A stretch of 64,000 nucleotides of DNA from Vicinamibacteraceae bacterium (lineage in GTDB: Bacteria > Acidobacteriota > Vicinamibacteria > Vicinamibacterales > JAFNAJ01). Position numbers and translations under genes: made by a program. The stretch spans positions 44,203 to 108,202 of the forward strand of contig JBDIBB010000001.1 of the NCBI GenBank assembly GCA_039812685.1, given 5' to 3'. Under the pieces are notes generated by a model. That model was given only the letters and a program-made list of their open reading frames with translations, had not been told where the DNA came from and searched no databases. Below, in pieces: positions 42,792 through 51,584 of this stretch. Each line of letters begins with the position of its first letter. Within the stretch, counting starts at the first letter, position 1.

Positions 42792-43358
42792 TCAGCGCGA
42801 CCGGATCAACTCGAGGAACTCCGCCCGCGTCCGCGCGTCCTCGTGAAACACGCCGCGCATCGCCGACGTGACCGCGAACGAGTTCTGCTTCTCCACGCCC
42901 CGCATCGACATGCAGAGGTGCGTCCCTTCCATGACGACGGCGACGCCCAGCGGGCCCACCTTGTCCTGGATCACGTCGGCAATCTGGCTGGTGAGCCGTT
43001 CCTGGACCTGCAGGCGACGGGCGAAAACATCGACCAGCCGCGGGATCTTGCTGAGTCCGATGACGCGATCCTGCGGCAGGTAGGCCACGTGGCACTTGCC
43101 GAAGAACGGAAGCAGGTGGTGCTCGCAGAGGCTGTAGAAGTCGATGTCCTTCACGATCACCATCTCGCTGTAATTGACGGTGAACAACGCGCCGTTGATG
43201 ACCCCGTCCACGTCGGCACGGTAGCCGCTGGTGAGGAACCTCAACGACTGCTCCACGCGCCGCGGCGTGGCCACCAACCCTTCGCGCTCCGGATCCTCAC
43301 CGAGCTCGACGAGCATGCGCCTGATGGTGTCCTGCATGGGATCGTCATTGTACCGCAC
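42792..43358 (-). CDS. folE: GTP cyclohydrolase I (FolE, Zn-dependent type IA)
   Basis: [16 protein letters not shown]...[49 protein letters not shown]...[15 protein letters not shown]. Confidence 0.95.
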   Translation of the reverse strand: MRYNDDPMQDTIRRMLVELGEDPEREGLVATPRRVEQSLRFLTSGYRADVDGVINGALFTVNYSEMVIVKDIDFYSLCEHHLLPFFGKCHVAYLPQDRVIGLSKIPRLVDVFARRLQVQERLTSQIADVIQDKVGPLGVAVVMEGTHLCMSMRGVEKQNSFAVTSAMRGVFHEDARTRAEFLELIRSR

Positions 43359-43379
43359 GCATGCCGGGGCCCGGCGCCA

Positions 43380-44240
43380 TCAGCCCTTCCCGTAGTCGTA
43401 GAACCCGCGCCCGCTCTTTCGGCCGAGCCGGCCCGCCAGCACCATGCGCTTCAGCAGCGGCGGCGGCGCGTAGGCCGGCTCGCGGTATTCGTCGAACATG
43501 ATGTTGGCGATGTAGTAGGTCGTATCGAGCCCGACGAAGTCGAGCAGCGTGAACGGTCCCATGGGGTGTCCCAGACCGAGCTTCATCGCCGTGTCGATGT
43601 CCTCCAGCGTGCCCAACCCGCTCTCGTACGCGCGGATCGCGTCGAGCAGGAACGGCACCAGCAGCCGGTTGACGATGAAGCCTGGACGATCCGGCGCCGT
43701 CACGGCCTGCTTGCCGAGCGCCTGGCCGAAGGCAAAGACCGCCTCGTAGGTCCGATCCGAGGTGGTCAGCGCCCGGATCACCTCCACGAGCTTCATCAGC
43801 GGCACGGGATTGAAGAAGTGCAGACCGGCGAAGCGATCGGGCCTCTTCGTCGCGGCCGCGAGTTCGGTGATGCAGAGCGACGAGGTGTTGGAACAGAGGA
43901 TGGCGTCGGCGCCGATCACGTCCTCGAGGGCAGCGTAGAGCTTCCGCTTCTCATCGAGGTTCTCGATGATGGCCTCGATGACGATGTCACAGTCGCCGAG
44001 GTCGGCAGCGGCAGCGGCGGGCAGGAGGTTGGCCAGCGTCGCGTCGCGCAGGTCGGGCGTGACCTTCTCCCTGGCCACGCCATCGTCGAGGAACTTGCGG
44101 ATGCGGGCGAAGCCGCGCTCGAGCACGGTCTGGCTCGTCTCCAGGACGCGTGTCCTGTGGCCGGTCATCGCGACCACCTGCGCGATGCCCGAGCCCATCA
44201 GGCCGCAACCGACGACGCCGACGGTTCGGATGTCCGACAT
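43380..44240 (-). CDS. hbd: 3-hydroxybutyryl-CoA / 3-hydroxyacyl-CoA dehydrogenase
   Basis: ATG at 44240 with a GGAGG SD. VGVVGCGLMGSGIAQV, CSNTSSL, GLHFFNPVPLMKLVEV, PGFIVNRLL, MKLGLGHPMGPF.LLDFVGLD. The track ORF is extended to 44291. Confidence 0.9.
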   Translation of the reverse strand: MSDIRTVGVVGCGLMGSGIAQVVAMTGHRTRVLETSQTVLERGFARIRKFLDDGVAREKVTPDLRDATLANLLPAAAAADLGDCDIVIEAIIENLDEKRKLYAALEDVIGADAILCSNTSSLCITELAAATKRPDRFAGLHFFNPVPLMKLVEVIRALTTSDRTYEAVFAFGQALGKQAVTAPDRPGFIVNRLLVPFLLDAIRAYESGLGTLEDIDTAMKLGLGHPMGPFTLLDFVGLDTTYYIANIMFDEYREPAYAPPPLLKRMVLAGRLGRKSGRGFYDYGKG

Positions 44241-44297
44241 GTCTGTCCTCCAGGGCGCCGAGCGCGCGTCGATTCGGCGTGGCGCCTCCACTCCGGC

Positions 44298-44307
44298 CTG
44301 CTAGCAG
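44298..44307. repeat. 10-bp perfect palindrome CTGCTAGCAG upstream of hbd
   Basis: Read directly. Lies 58-67 nt upstream of the hbd ATG (44240). Confidence 0.6.
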
Positions 44308-44459
44308 CCCGTGGCGAAAGTGGCGCTGCATTCGACGGGCGGGGCATCCCGGCTGGCGGCATTGCTCCTCCCTCAAGTACTGGCCGTATTCTCGGTCGTC
44401 GCGCCTGGCCAGCCGGGCGCCGCGCCCGTCTCGGTGCGACGCGGCACTTCCACCACGGA

Positions 44460-44474
44460 CTGCTAGGGTAGCAG
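44460..44474. repeat. Interrupted copy of the same palindrome: CTGCTA-GGG-TAGCAG
   Basis: Read directly. It has the same half-sites as 44298-44307, separated by 3 nt, and lies 162 nt further upstream. Confidence 0.6.
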
Positions 44475-44770
44475 GCCAGGGCGCGGCAGTGGCCGGTCCT
44501 TCGGGATCGGTTCGTGCCACGGCGACGACGGGCGGCATCACCGCGTCAGCCAGCCTGCGCGCCCGACGAGGCACCCTCCGCTCCCCTCCGTGCGGGACTG
44601 CAGCGTCGCCACCAGCGGCCCGATCCCTCGATGCCGGCTGCCGGACGGGAAGCCATCCTGGTCCGTGAACGGGCGCGAGTGCTTCCGGCACGCACCTGGG
44701 CAGCCTCGACCAGGCGCGATGCGCCGTGCGGGACGCCCGACCTCACGCTGCGAAACCGTGCCGCGCGCGG

Positions 44771-45118
44771 TCAGCGGCCCTGGTCGCTGGGGTTCCTGGT
44801 CTCGGTGATGAACGCGGCAATGGCGTCGCGGACGCGCGGCGCCACGTCGAGGAACTCGAGGCCGGCGCGATAGACCATCCGGTCGGGCCAGATGTCGGAC
44901 ACGCGGCAATAGGCCACGCGGGCCTTCACGATGGCCGAGCGGTCACCGAGGGCCAGACGGAAATCGTGGAGCGATTCGAGGGCGAGGCTTCGTTCCAGTT
45001 CGACGGCGGCGCCGCACAGCGAGATGTCGACGATGCGAACCGGTTCGACGATCGTGACGTCGCCGGGCATGGAATTCGGGATGCGCAGGCGCTCCTCGCG
45101 TCGTCGCTCGTCCGACAT
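44771..45118 (-). CDS. Stand-alone PilZ domain protein (c-di-GMP receptor)
   Basis: 115 aa. The RxxxR motif (RRREERLR) and the DxSxxG motif (DISLCGAAV) are both present at the expected spacing. Confidence 0.8.
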   Translation of the reverse strand: MSDERRREERLRIPNSMPGDVTIVEPVRIVDISLCGAAVELERSLALESLHDFRLALGDRSAIVKARVAYCRVSDIWPDRMVYRAGLEFLDVAPRVRDAIAAFITETRNPSDQGR

Positions 45119-45259
45119 GCCGGTGGACTATATCAGACGGCGCACGGCGCTCGGCCGCCGCACCCCCGGCAATCCGAGCCGGGCCGGGCGCACAGGCGCC
45201 AGGCTGCCCGCGCGCTGCCATCGGCGTCTCCCGCGCGCCTCGTGGCGATGTTCCCGAAT

Positions 45260-45694
45260 TCAGCGGACGCGAACGTGCGCCAGGTAGTCACCGGACGCGA
45301 TCTGGGGGGCGCGGCCGAGCGGCGCATTGTAGAAGTAGACCCACGCGTCGAGCGCGGATCCGTCCTCGAGCGTGGCGGGCACGCGTTCGCGCACGTAGAG
45401 GCTGTGCTCGGGCGCGTCGGGGGAATGCCCCTCGATTTCGTCGAGCACCCTCAGGACGCCCGGCACGTCGAGCAACTCGTAGATCTCACCCCAGACGCAC
45501 CCGTCGGGCGCCGGTACGGCCGCGGGATAGATGCCCAGATCGAACAACTGCGCCCGGATCCAGCCGCGTCCCCTGAACGCCAGTCGGCCTTCGATGCCGG
45601 CACGGTGGCGGCGATCGAAGCCCGTCATCAGCGTCCCGTAGAAGAACACCAGGTCTGTCACCAGCCGGCCGCTCCTCGCATCCGCGTGCGCCAC
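45260..45694 (-). CDS. Gamma-glutamylcyclotransferase (AIG2/GGCT-like) family protein
   Basis: VFFYGTLMTGF...GWIRAQLFDLGIYPAAV...VWGEIYEL...LDEIEG...YVRE. The start is uncertain. Confidence 0.75.
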   Translation of the reverse strand: MAHADARSGRLVTDLVFFYGTLMTGFDRRHRAGIEGRLAFRGRGWIRAQLFDLGIYPAAVPAPDGCVWGEIYELLDVPGVLRVLDEIEGHSPDAPEHSLYVRERVPATLEDGSALDAWVYFYNAPLGRAPQIASGDYLAHVRVR

Positions 45695-46037
45695 ACCAAG
45701 CCCGTACAGCCGTCATGCGTTCACGGCAACCCTTCGGGCATCGGGATGCCAGGGCGTGCCTCAGAACACCGGTCCTGCCAGTCTGCGTGCGGCGGTGCGG
45801 TCGGGATGCCGGGCGTCGCCGGCGGACCTCGCTCGGGCGCGTCACGAACTGGCACGTGTGGCGGCAGTGTATGAACTCGCCCGATGGGAGTCAAGGCAGG
45901 CACCTGGCGGGCACTTGCGTCGGGCCGCGACAGCCCACGGCGGCGATCGCTCCGGATGGAGCCGCGATTCGCGTGCACAACGGCGCACACCGGTCACGCG
46001 CGCGATGTGGGCGCCCGGACGACGCTCGGCTGGCTGG

Positions 46038-47087
46038 TCAGTCGGCTGCGACCGCCTTTGCCCTGGCTTTCGGGATCACCGCCTCGATCAACTCGGAGGG
46101 GATGCTGAACGACAGTTCGACCGTGCGGCCGGACCCGCCCAGATTGACGCTCCGCATCAAGGCCTGAACCGGCGGACTCTTCGGCGCCTGCATGCGGCCC
46201 AGCGCCATCAGGCCGTTGATCACGTCGCGCAGGTTCCGGGCCGATTCCTCGTCCCGAGCCTCGGCCTTGAGCGTGCCACTGATGCCGCCGTTGACATGAC
46301 CGGCCGCCTCGAACCAGGTGATCGCCGGCAACCTCACCGCGATCTCCTGCGGGAGTTCGGCTCGTCCGGGCAGCGAATCCAGCCGGCCGACCGCCCATGC
46401 GTTGGCCTGGCCTTCAATCCTCGCGATCCGGCTCAGCAGATCGGTGTTCGACAGGATGTTCCGGCCGGATCGCTTGTCGTCGATCGCCGCGCGAACGGCA
46501 TCGGGTGCGCCGATCAGGAGCAGACCTGGCTCAACGAAGGCCAGGGCTGGGTAGCCGTGGTCGCGACGTCCAGGGGTGTCCGCGCCGCCGGCGCGCGGCT
46601 CATCGTCGGCCGGCACCTCCTCTCGCGCCCTTGCTGGCCTGCTGATCACGCGGACGCCCTGGTACAGATCGACCGTGGCGCCGTGCTCGCGGGCGAGGGC
46701 TTCGATGCGGCCCTCGTCGAGGCGCCCGCGGACGAGACCCAGCGGGATTCGATCGTCGGCACCGGAGACGAGCGCGACGGTCACCGCATCGATGTCCCGC
46801 TCCACGTCGATGCCGGTAGCCTCCTCGAACCGTTGCCGGCCCTTACCCTTCTCGTCGTCGGGCATCACGGACCGGATGCGCTGCCGAAAGTCCGAATGCA
46901 TCACCGCGGCGACGTCGGCGTAGGCGACGATGGCGGTGTCGGCGGGCAGATACTCGAACTCCTCGGGCCCGCTGTGCCTGGCGGCCATGCCTGGCAGGCC
47001 GCCGTAATACGCCACCAACCCGACACTCAGCCCACCCACGAGCACCGCGGCCGATCCGAGCATGAAGTTGCGCGTCCGGTTGTTCAT
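46038..47087 (-). CDS. Membrane-anchored hypothetical protein
   Basis: ATG at 47087 with a GGAGAGG SD. One N-terminal TM helix (FMLGSAAVLVGGLSVGLVAYY), then about 310 aa of soluble domain. I recognise no family. The track ORF is extended to 47276. Confidence 0.6.
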   Translation of the reverse strand: MNNRTRNFMLGSAAVLVGGLSVGLVAYYGGLPGMAARHSGPEEFEYLPADTAIVAYADVAAVMHSDFRQRIRSVMPDDEKGKGRQRFEEATGIDVERDIDAVTVALVSGADDRIPLGLVRGRLDEGRIEALAREHGATVDLYQGVRVISRPARAREEVPADDEPRAGGADTPGRRDHGYPALAFVEPGLLLIGAPDAVRAAIDDKRSGRNILSNTDLLSRIARIEGQANAWAVGRLDSLPGRAELPQEIAVRLPAITWFEAAGHVNGGISGTLKAEARDEESARNLRDVINGLMALGRMQAPKSPPVQALMRSVNLGGSGRTVELSFSIPSELIEAVIPKARAKAVAAD

Positions 47088-47328
47088 GTCCGCCTCTCCG
47101 GCTGATATACCGTGTCGCAATGCCGGCAGTTCCGCAAGTCGAGGCACTTCGTCACAAGAATCGTGCCTGGATCCCTCCCGCGACTCCAACCTCAGGAGCG
47201 GGCCGCCTCGGTGGTGCCAGCCGTCCTCTCGAACCGGGCCCGACGAACATGGACCGGGACGGTCCGGAGGGTCCATCCGCGGGCGACCAGCGGCGCCGGC
47301 CGGAGCCAGGCAGGCCCCCCCGTCCCGC

Positions 47329-48165
47329 CTATTGATCGAGCACGTATTCCCGCCGCTCCACGGCCCGCGTGGCGAGCCACAGGAACACCGCCAGCATCGC
47401 CGACAGCGCCGCGAGGGCGACAGGCACAGGCGGCGTCTCGCGAAACAGCGTCGTCAGGATCGCCACGGCGCTGTTGTCGGCCGGCATCGCGTGGGGTACC
47501 AGCGACTGGAGGTAGTGCGCCACCGTCAGTTTCTTGAGGTAACCCGGCAGTACCAGAATCACCGGCTCCCAGCCGAAGACATAGAGCAGGCCGGTCAGGA
47601 CGGGACGCTTCAACCAGGCTCCCACCGCCGCGAACATGGCGCCGTAGACCGCCAGGCCGAGGAACAGGATGCCCAGGTCGATGACCAGCGACGGGAACGT
47701 CTCGGCCAGGCTTCCGCCGCGCGGCACGATGAGGAAGTAGACCAGCATGACCGACGGCAAGACCACCATGGTCGTGCACGCAAGGTAGGCCAGATACTTG
47801 CCGATGAGCACGGCGGCCCGCGGGATGGGCCGGGTGAAAAGATAGGTGATCGTCTTGTCTTCGACCTCATCGGCGATCAGCGACGTGCCGTAGAAGACCG
47901 CGAGCACCGGCACGGTGAACCGGAGGTAGAAGATCCAGATCATCATGCCGAAGACGGCGGAGCCGTTCAGGCGGACGCCGTTGATCTCCACGCCGCCGAC
48001 GCCGGCGGCGTCGACGATGGCCACCAGCAGGGCCATCATGACCGGTCCGCCCACCACCAGGCTCATGAACACGGTCCGCCGCGACCAGAGCATCTGACCG
48101 AGCGACAGGTCGAACACACGCAGGCTCGACGAAGGCAGGGCGGCAGTCCGCGGCATGGTGGTCAT
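47329..48165 (-). CDS. ABC-2 type transporter permease (module 2)
   Basis: 278 aa, 6 predicted TM helices, with a typical ABC-2 loop (LIADEVEDKTITYLFTRPIPRAAVLIGKYLA). Confidence 0.75.
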   Translation of the reverse strand: MTTMPRTAALPSSSLRVFDLSLGQMLWSRRTVFMSLVVGGPVMMALLVAIVDAAGVGGVEINGVRLNGSAVFGMMIWIFYLRFTVPVLAVFYGTSLIADEVEDKTITYLFTRPIPRAAVLIGKYLAYLACTTMVVLPSVMLVYFLIVPRGGSLAETFPSLVIDLGILFLGLAVYGAMFAAVGAWLKRPVLTGLLYVFGWEPVILVLPGYLKKLTVAHYLQSLVPHAMPADNSAVAILTTLFRETPPVPVALAALSAMLAVFLWLATRAVERREYVLDQ

Positions 48166-48181
48166 CGTGAGCGCCAGGTGA

Positions 48182-49105
48182 TCATTTCACCAGGTATTTG
48201 AACACGGCCTGGAGGTTGTCGTCCGGGCTGGTGACCTCGTCGATCTGGCCCACCTCGCCCGAGGCGGCCATCTGCGTGAGGGCCGCGTAGAACTCGTCGG
48301 GTCGCGCCGTCTGCACCTCGACGGCCCCGCTCTCGAGCTTCAGGTTGATCACGTGCGGCATGCCGAGGAAGGCCTTCGCCAGCTCGCGCGGCCGCTCCGA
48401 CTTCACGTGCACCGTGTGCGGGTGTTCGTCGATCAGCTCGCGAATCTGGTGGACGTTGCCCTCGGCGAGGATCCGGCCGTTGTTGATCAGCAGGATGTTG
48501 GTGGTCATCGACTCGATCTCGTGCAGGATGTGGCTGGAGACGATGATGCTCCGGCCGGCACGGACCCACTCGCGAATGAAGCGGATCGTCTTCCGGCGTG
48601 CGAGCGGATCCATGCCCGACAGCGGCTCGTCGAGCACGAGCAGCTCCGGGTCGTGCGCGATCGCCTGTGCCAGCTTCACGCGCTGGCGCATGCCCTTGCT
48701 GTAGGCGCCGATCCTCCGGTCGGCGGCCTCGAGCAGGTCGACCTGCTCCAGCGCGCGGCGCGCCGCGGCCACGGCCTCGGCCTCGCCGAGCGCGTTCAGG
48801 CGCAACAGCGCCGTCAGCCACTCCAGCCCCGTCATCCGCTCGTAGAACGCGTCCTGCTCGGGACAATAGCCGATGCGGAAGAACTGGCTCGGGTTGCGCC
48901 AGATCGGCTCGCCGAACACGGTCAGGCGGCCCTTGCTCGGTTTGAGCTGGCCCGTCATCAGCTTCAGGAACGTCGACTTTCCGGCGCCGTTGGGGCCCAA
49001 CAGACCGGTGATGCCCGCCGGTACCGAGACGCTCACGTCGTTGAGGCCGATGACCTGGCCGTACCACTTCGACACCTGCTCGGCTGCGACGATGACGGCG
49101 CTCAC
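48182..49105 (-). CDS. ABC transporter ATP-binding protein (module 2)
   Basis: GTG at 49105 overlaps the upstream permease stop (GTGA). GPNGAGKSTF, YSKGMRQRVKLAQAI, LVLDEPLSGMD, SSHILHE. The track ORF 48182..49666 is over-extended. Confidence 0.9.
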   Translation of the reverse strand: MSAVIVAAEQVSKWYGQVIGLNDVSVSVPAGITGLLGPNGAGKSTFLKLMTGQLKPSKGRLTVFGEPIWRNPSQFFRIGYCPEQDAFYERMTGLEWLTALLRLNALGEAEAVAAARRALEQVDLLEAADRRIGAYSKGMRQRVKLAQAIAHDPELLVLDEPLSGMDPLARRKTIRFIREWVRAGRSIIVSSHILHEIESMTTNILLINNGRILAEGNVHQIRELIDEHPHTVHVKSERPRELAKAFLGMPHVINLKLESGAVEVQTARPDEFYAALTQMAASGEVGQIDEVTSPDDNLQAVFKYLVK

Positions 49106-49941
49106 GTCACCACCTCCACGCCGCGCACCTTGCGATCGAGGACGGAGATCGAGACCGCTACCACGGCCGCCAGCACCACCAGCGAGACGGCGACCGGCGT
49201 GTCGTAGCGGAGCCTGGTCCGGAAGATGGCGTCGCCCACCTGCTCCAGGCTGGCGGGCACCGAGATCCACGACAGCCCGGTGCTGCCGAGGATGCCGCGC
49301 ACGGCGGCGAACATCGCGTCGGTGAAGAGCACGATGCCCGCGTACATCACCGCGACGAAGCGGCTGCTGGCCGACATCGACGACAGCGCCAGCATCGAGA
49401 GCGTGGCCACCAGGATTTCCACCAGCGAGAACAGCGTGATGGCGGGAATGAGGTGCACGTTGCTGCGCAGGAACGTGAAGCTGCCGGCGAAGGCCCCCTG
49501 GAGCAGGAGGAGCAGGATGGCTGGCAGCCAGGTCACCATGACGAGGAAGACGAAGAGGATGGCGGCCTTGCCGAGGACGTACTCGGCGCGGGTGAGCGGC
49601 CTCGACAGGTAGATCTGCAGGGCGTTGGCGCGCCGGTCGTTGGCGATCAGGCCCGACCCGATCCACACGGTGACGAAAAACACGAACGTGCCCTGCTGAT
49701 CGAGGAACGTGCGGTAGGTGTCGGCGTTGATGGCCAGTGCCTCAACCTGCGCGAAGGTCGTGGAGAAGTAGGCCTGCACGACGCGCACGATGAACGGCAG
49801 CCAGGCCAGGAACAGGAGGCCGAGAAACGCGCGCTTCCTCACGACGCTGACGATCCCGGCCCTGGCAATCACCATCCACACCCGCCGCGGGTCGCCGCGC
49901 TGGCCGCCGTAGCGCCGGTAGCTCTGGTCGTGGATGGGCAT
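49102..49941 (-). CDS. ABC-2 type transporter permease (module 1)
   Basis: 279 aa. N-terminus MPIHDQSYRRYGGQRGDPRRVWMVIARAG, then 6 TM helices (IANDRRANALQIYLSRPLTRAEYVLGKA). Confidence 0.75.
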   Translation of the reverse strand: MPIHDQSYRRYGGQRGDPRRVWMVIARAGIVSVVRKRAFLGLLFLAWLPFIVRVVQAYFSTTFAQVEALAINADTYRTFLDQQGTFVFFVTVWIGSGLIANDRRANALQIYLSRPLTRAEYVLGKAAILFVFLVMVTWLPAILLLLLQGAFAGSFTFLRSNVHLIPAITLFSLVEILVATLSMLALSSMSASSRFVAVMYAGIVLFTDAMFAAVRGILGSTGLSWISVPASLEQVGDAIFRTRLRYDTPVAVSLVVLAAVVAVSISVLDRKVRGVEVVT

Positions 49942-49942
49942 C

Positions 49943-50917
49943 CTACTGCTCCCCGAGGGCGCGGGCGAACACGTCCTCGAGCGTCGGCACGCTCGGCCGC
50001 AGGTGCCGGACCTGGATGCCGCTGCCGGCCGCGAGCGCGAACAGATCGCGCGCGCCGCGGTCGTCGGGGACGAAGACGCGCATCACGTCCTCGTCAGTGG
50101 CATGGCACTGCAGCCCCTCGCGCCGGAGCAGGTCGAGGAACGCGACGGTATCGCCCTTCACCCGGAGTTCGAACACGCGGCCGGCCGGCCCCTTCAACGC
50201 GGCGATCGGGCCGTGCGCCGCCACGCTGCCCTTGTCGATCACGACCACGTGGTCGCAGGTGTGCTCGACGTCGGGCAGCAGGTGCGAGGACAGGATCAGG
50301 TTCACCCGCTTGGCGTGGCCGAGGTCGTGGATGAGCGCGAGCATCTCGTCACGCCCCCGGGGATCCATGCCGTTGGTGGGCTCGTCGAGCAACAGCAGGT
50401 CGGGATCGTGCACGAGCGCCTGCGCGAGCTTGATGCGCTGCTTCATGCCCGTCGAGTAGGTCTCGACGTTGCGGTAGCGCGCCTCGCCCAGGCCGACGTA
50501 GTAGAGCACCTCGTGCGCACGCTGCATGGCGTCGACCGCCGGCAGGCCCGAGAGCTGGCCGCAGTAGCCCACGAACGACACGGCGTTCATGCCCGGGATG
50601 TGGGCGTCGGTCTCCGGCATGTAGCCGATACGACCGCGGATTTCGTGGCCCTGGCGCCGGACGTCGAACCCGAGGACGCGCATCTCACCCTGATTCGGGA
50701 CGACGAAGCCGAGCAGGGCCTTGAGCAGCGTGGACTTGCCGGCCCCGTTGGGGCCCAGCAGGCCGATGGCGCCGCCGGTGAGGCTGGCCGTCACCTCCCT
50801 CAGCGCGGCGTTCCTGCCGTAGTTCACCGTGACACGGTCGAGCGCCACGACGGCCGGCGCCGCCGCGCCGGCGGCCGGATCGGCGACTGCAGATGGTGGT
50901 TGGGGAAGCGGCATCAC
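49943..50917 (-). CDS. ABC transporter ATP-binding protein (module 1)
   Basis: GPNGAGKSTL, YSTGMKQRIKLAQAL, LLLDEPTNGMD, SSHLLPD. The C-terminal roughly 90 aa form an accessory domain. Confidence 0.9.
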   Translation of the reverse strand: MMPLPQPPSAVADPAAGAAAPAVVALDRVTVNYGRNAALREVTASLTGGAIGLLGPNGAGKSTLLKALLGFVVPNQGEMRVLGFDVRRQGHEIRGRIGYMPETDAHIPGMNAVSFVGYCGQLSGLPAVDAMQRAHEVLYYVGLGEARYRNVETYSTGMKQRIKLAQALVHDPDLLLLDEPTNGMDPRGRDEMLALIHDLGHAKRVNLILSSHLLPDVEHTCDHVVVIDKGSVAAHGPIAALKGPAGRVFELRVKGDTVAFLDLLRREGLQCHATDEDVMRVFVPDDRGARDLFALAAGSGIQVRHLRPSVPTLEDVFARALGEQ

Positions 50918-50963
50918 CTGGCGTCAGTGGGAGGAGACGAGGGCGGGCGCCGGGCGGTTCACG

Positions 50964-51533
50964 TCAGAGAGCGCCGCGCAGGCCAAGCGCGTCGGCCTGC
51001 TCACGCATGAACGCGATCACGTGGCCGATGTGCGTCTCGAGCGGCAGGCCGACCTCCGCGGCACCGCGAACCAGGTCGTCGCGACTGACCGCCCGCGCGA
51101 ACGCCTTGTCCTTCATCCGCTTCTTCACCGACGACACCTCCAGATCGAGCACGCTGCGGCTGGGCCGGACCAGCGCGGCCGCGGTGACGAACCCCGACAA
51201 CTCGTCGCAGGCAAACAGCGCGTGCTCGAGCCGGCTCTCACGAGCGACACCCGTGTAATCGGCGTGCGACAGGATGGCGCGCGTCACCCATTCGGGCGCG
51301 CCGAGGCCCTGCAGGATCTCGACGCCCCGATAGGGATGATTTCCGGCGTCGGGATACCGCTCGTAGTCGAAGTCGTGGAGGAGGGCGACGAAGCCCCAGG
51401 CCGTCTCGTCCTCTCCCCACAGGCGCGCATAGCCACGGACGGCGGCCTCGACGCCGAGCGCGTGCTTGAGCAGGCTCTCCGACCGGGTGTGCGCCGTGAG
51501 CAGGCCCCAGGCGGTGTCTCGCGTCAGCTCCAT
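50964..51533 (-). CDS. HD-domain (HDIG-type) metal-dependent phosphohydrolase
   Basis: LLKHALGVEAAVRGYA...ALLHDFDYE...HPYRGVEIL...ILSHADYTG...ALFACDELSGF. Confidence 0.8.
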   Translation of the reverse strand: MELTRDTAWGLLTAHTRSESLLKHALGVEAAVRGYARLWGEDETAWGFVALLHDFDYERYPDAGNHPYRGVEILQGLGAPEWVTRAILSHADYTGVARESRLEHALFACDELSGFVTAAALVRPSRSVLDLEVSSVKKRMKDKAFARAVSRDDLVRGAAEVGLPLETHIGHVIAFMREQADALGLRGAL

Positions 51534-51584
51534 GATCTCGACCCGGTGGACACTCGCGCCGCGCAGGCGCGCGGGCTCCGGTCC

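Noticed and set aside
47088-47140. Sigma-54-like promoter (TGCCGGCATTGCG) upstream of the membrane-anchored hypothetical gene.
   Set aside because: The GG and GC elements are about 6 nt apart instead of the required about 12 nt of the TGGCAC-N5-TTGC consensus. This is a chance resemblance.
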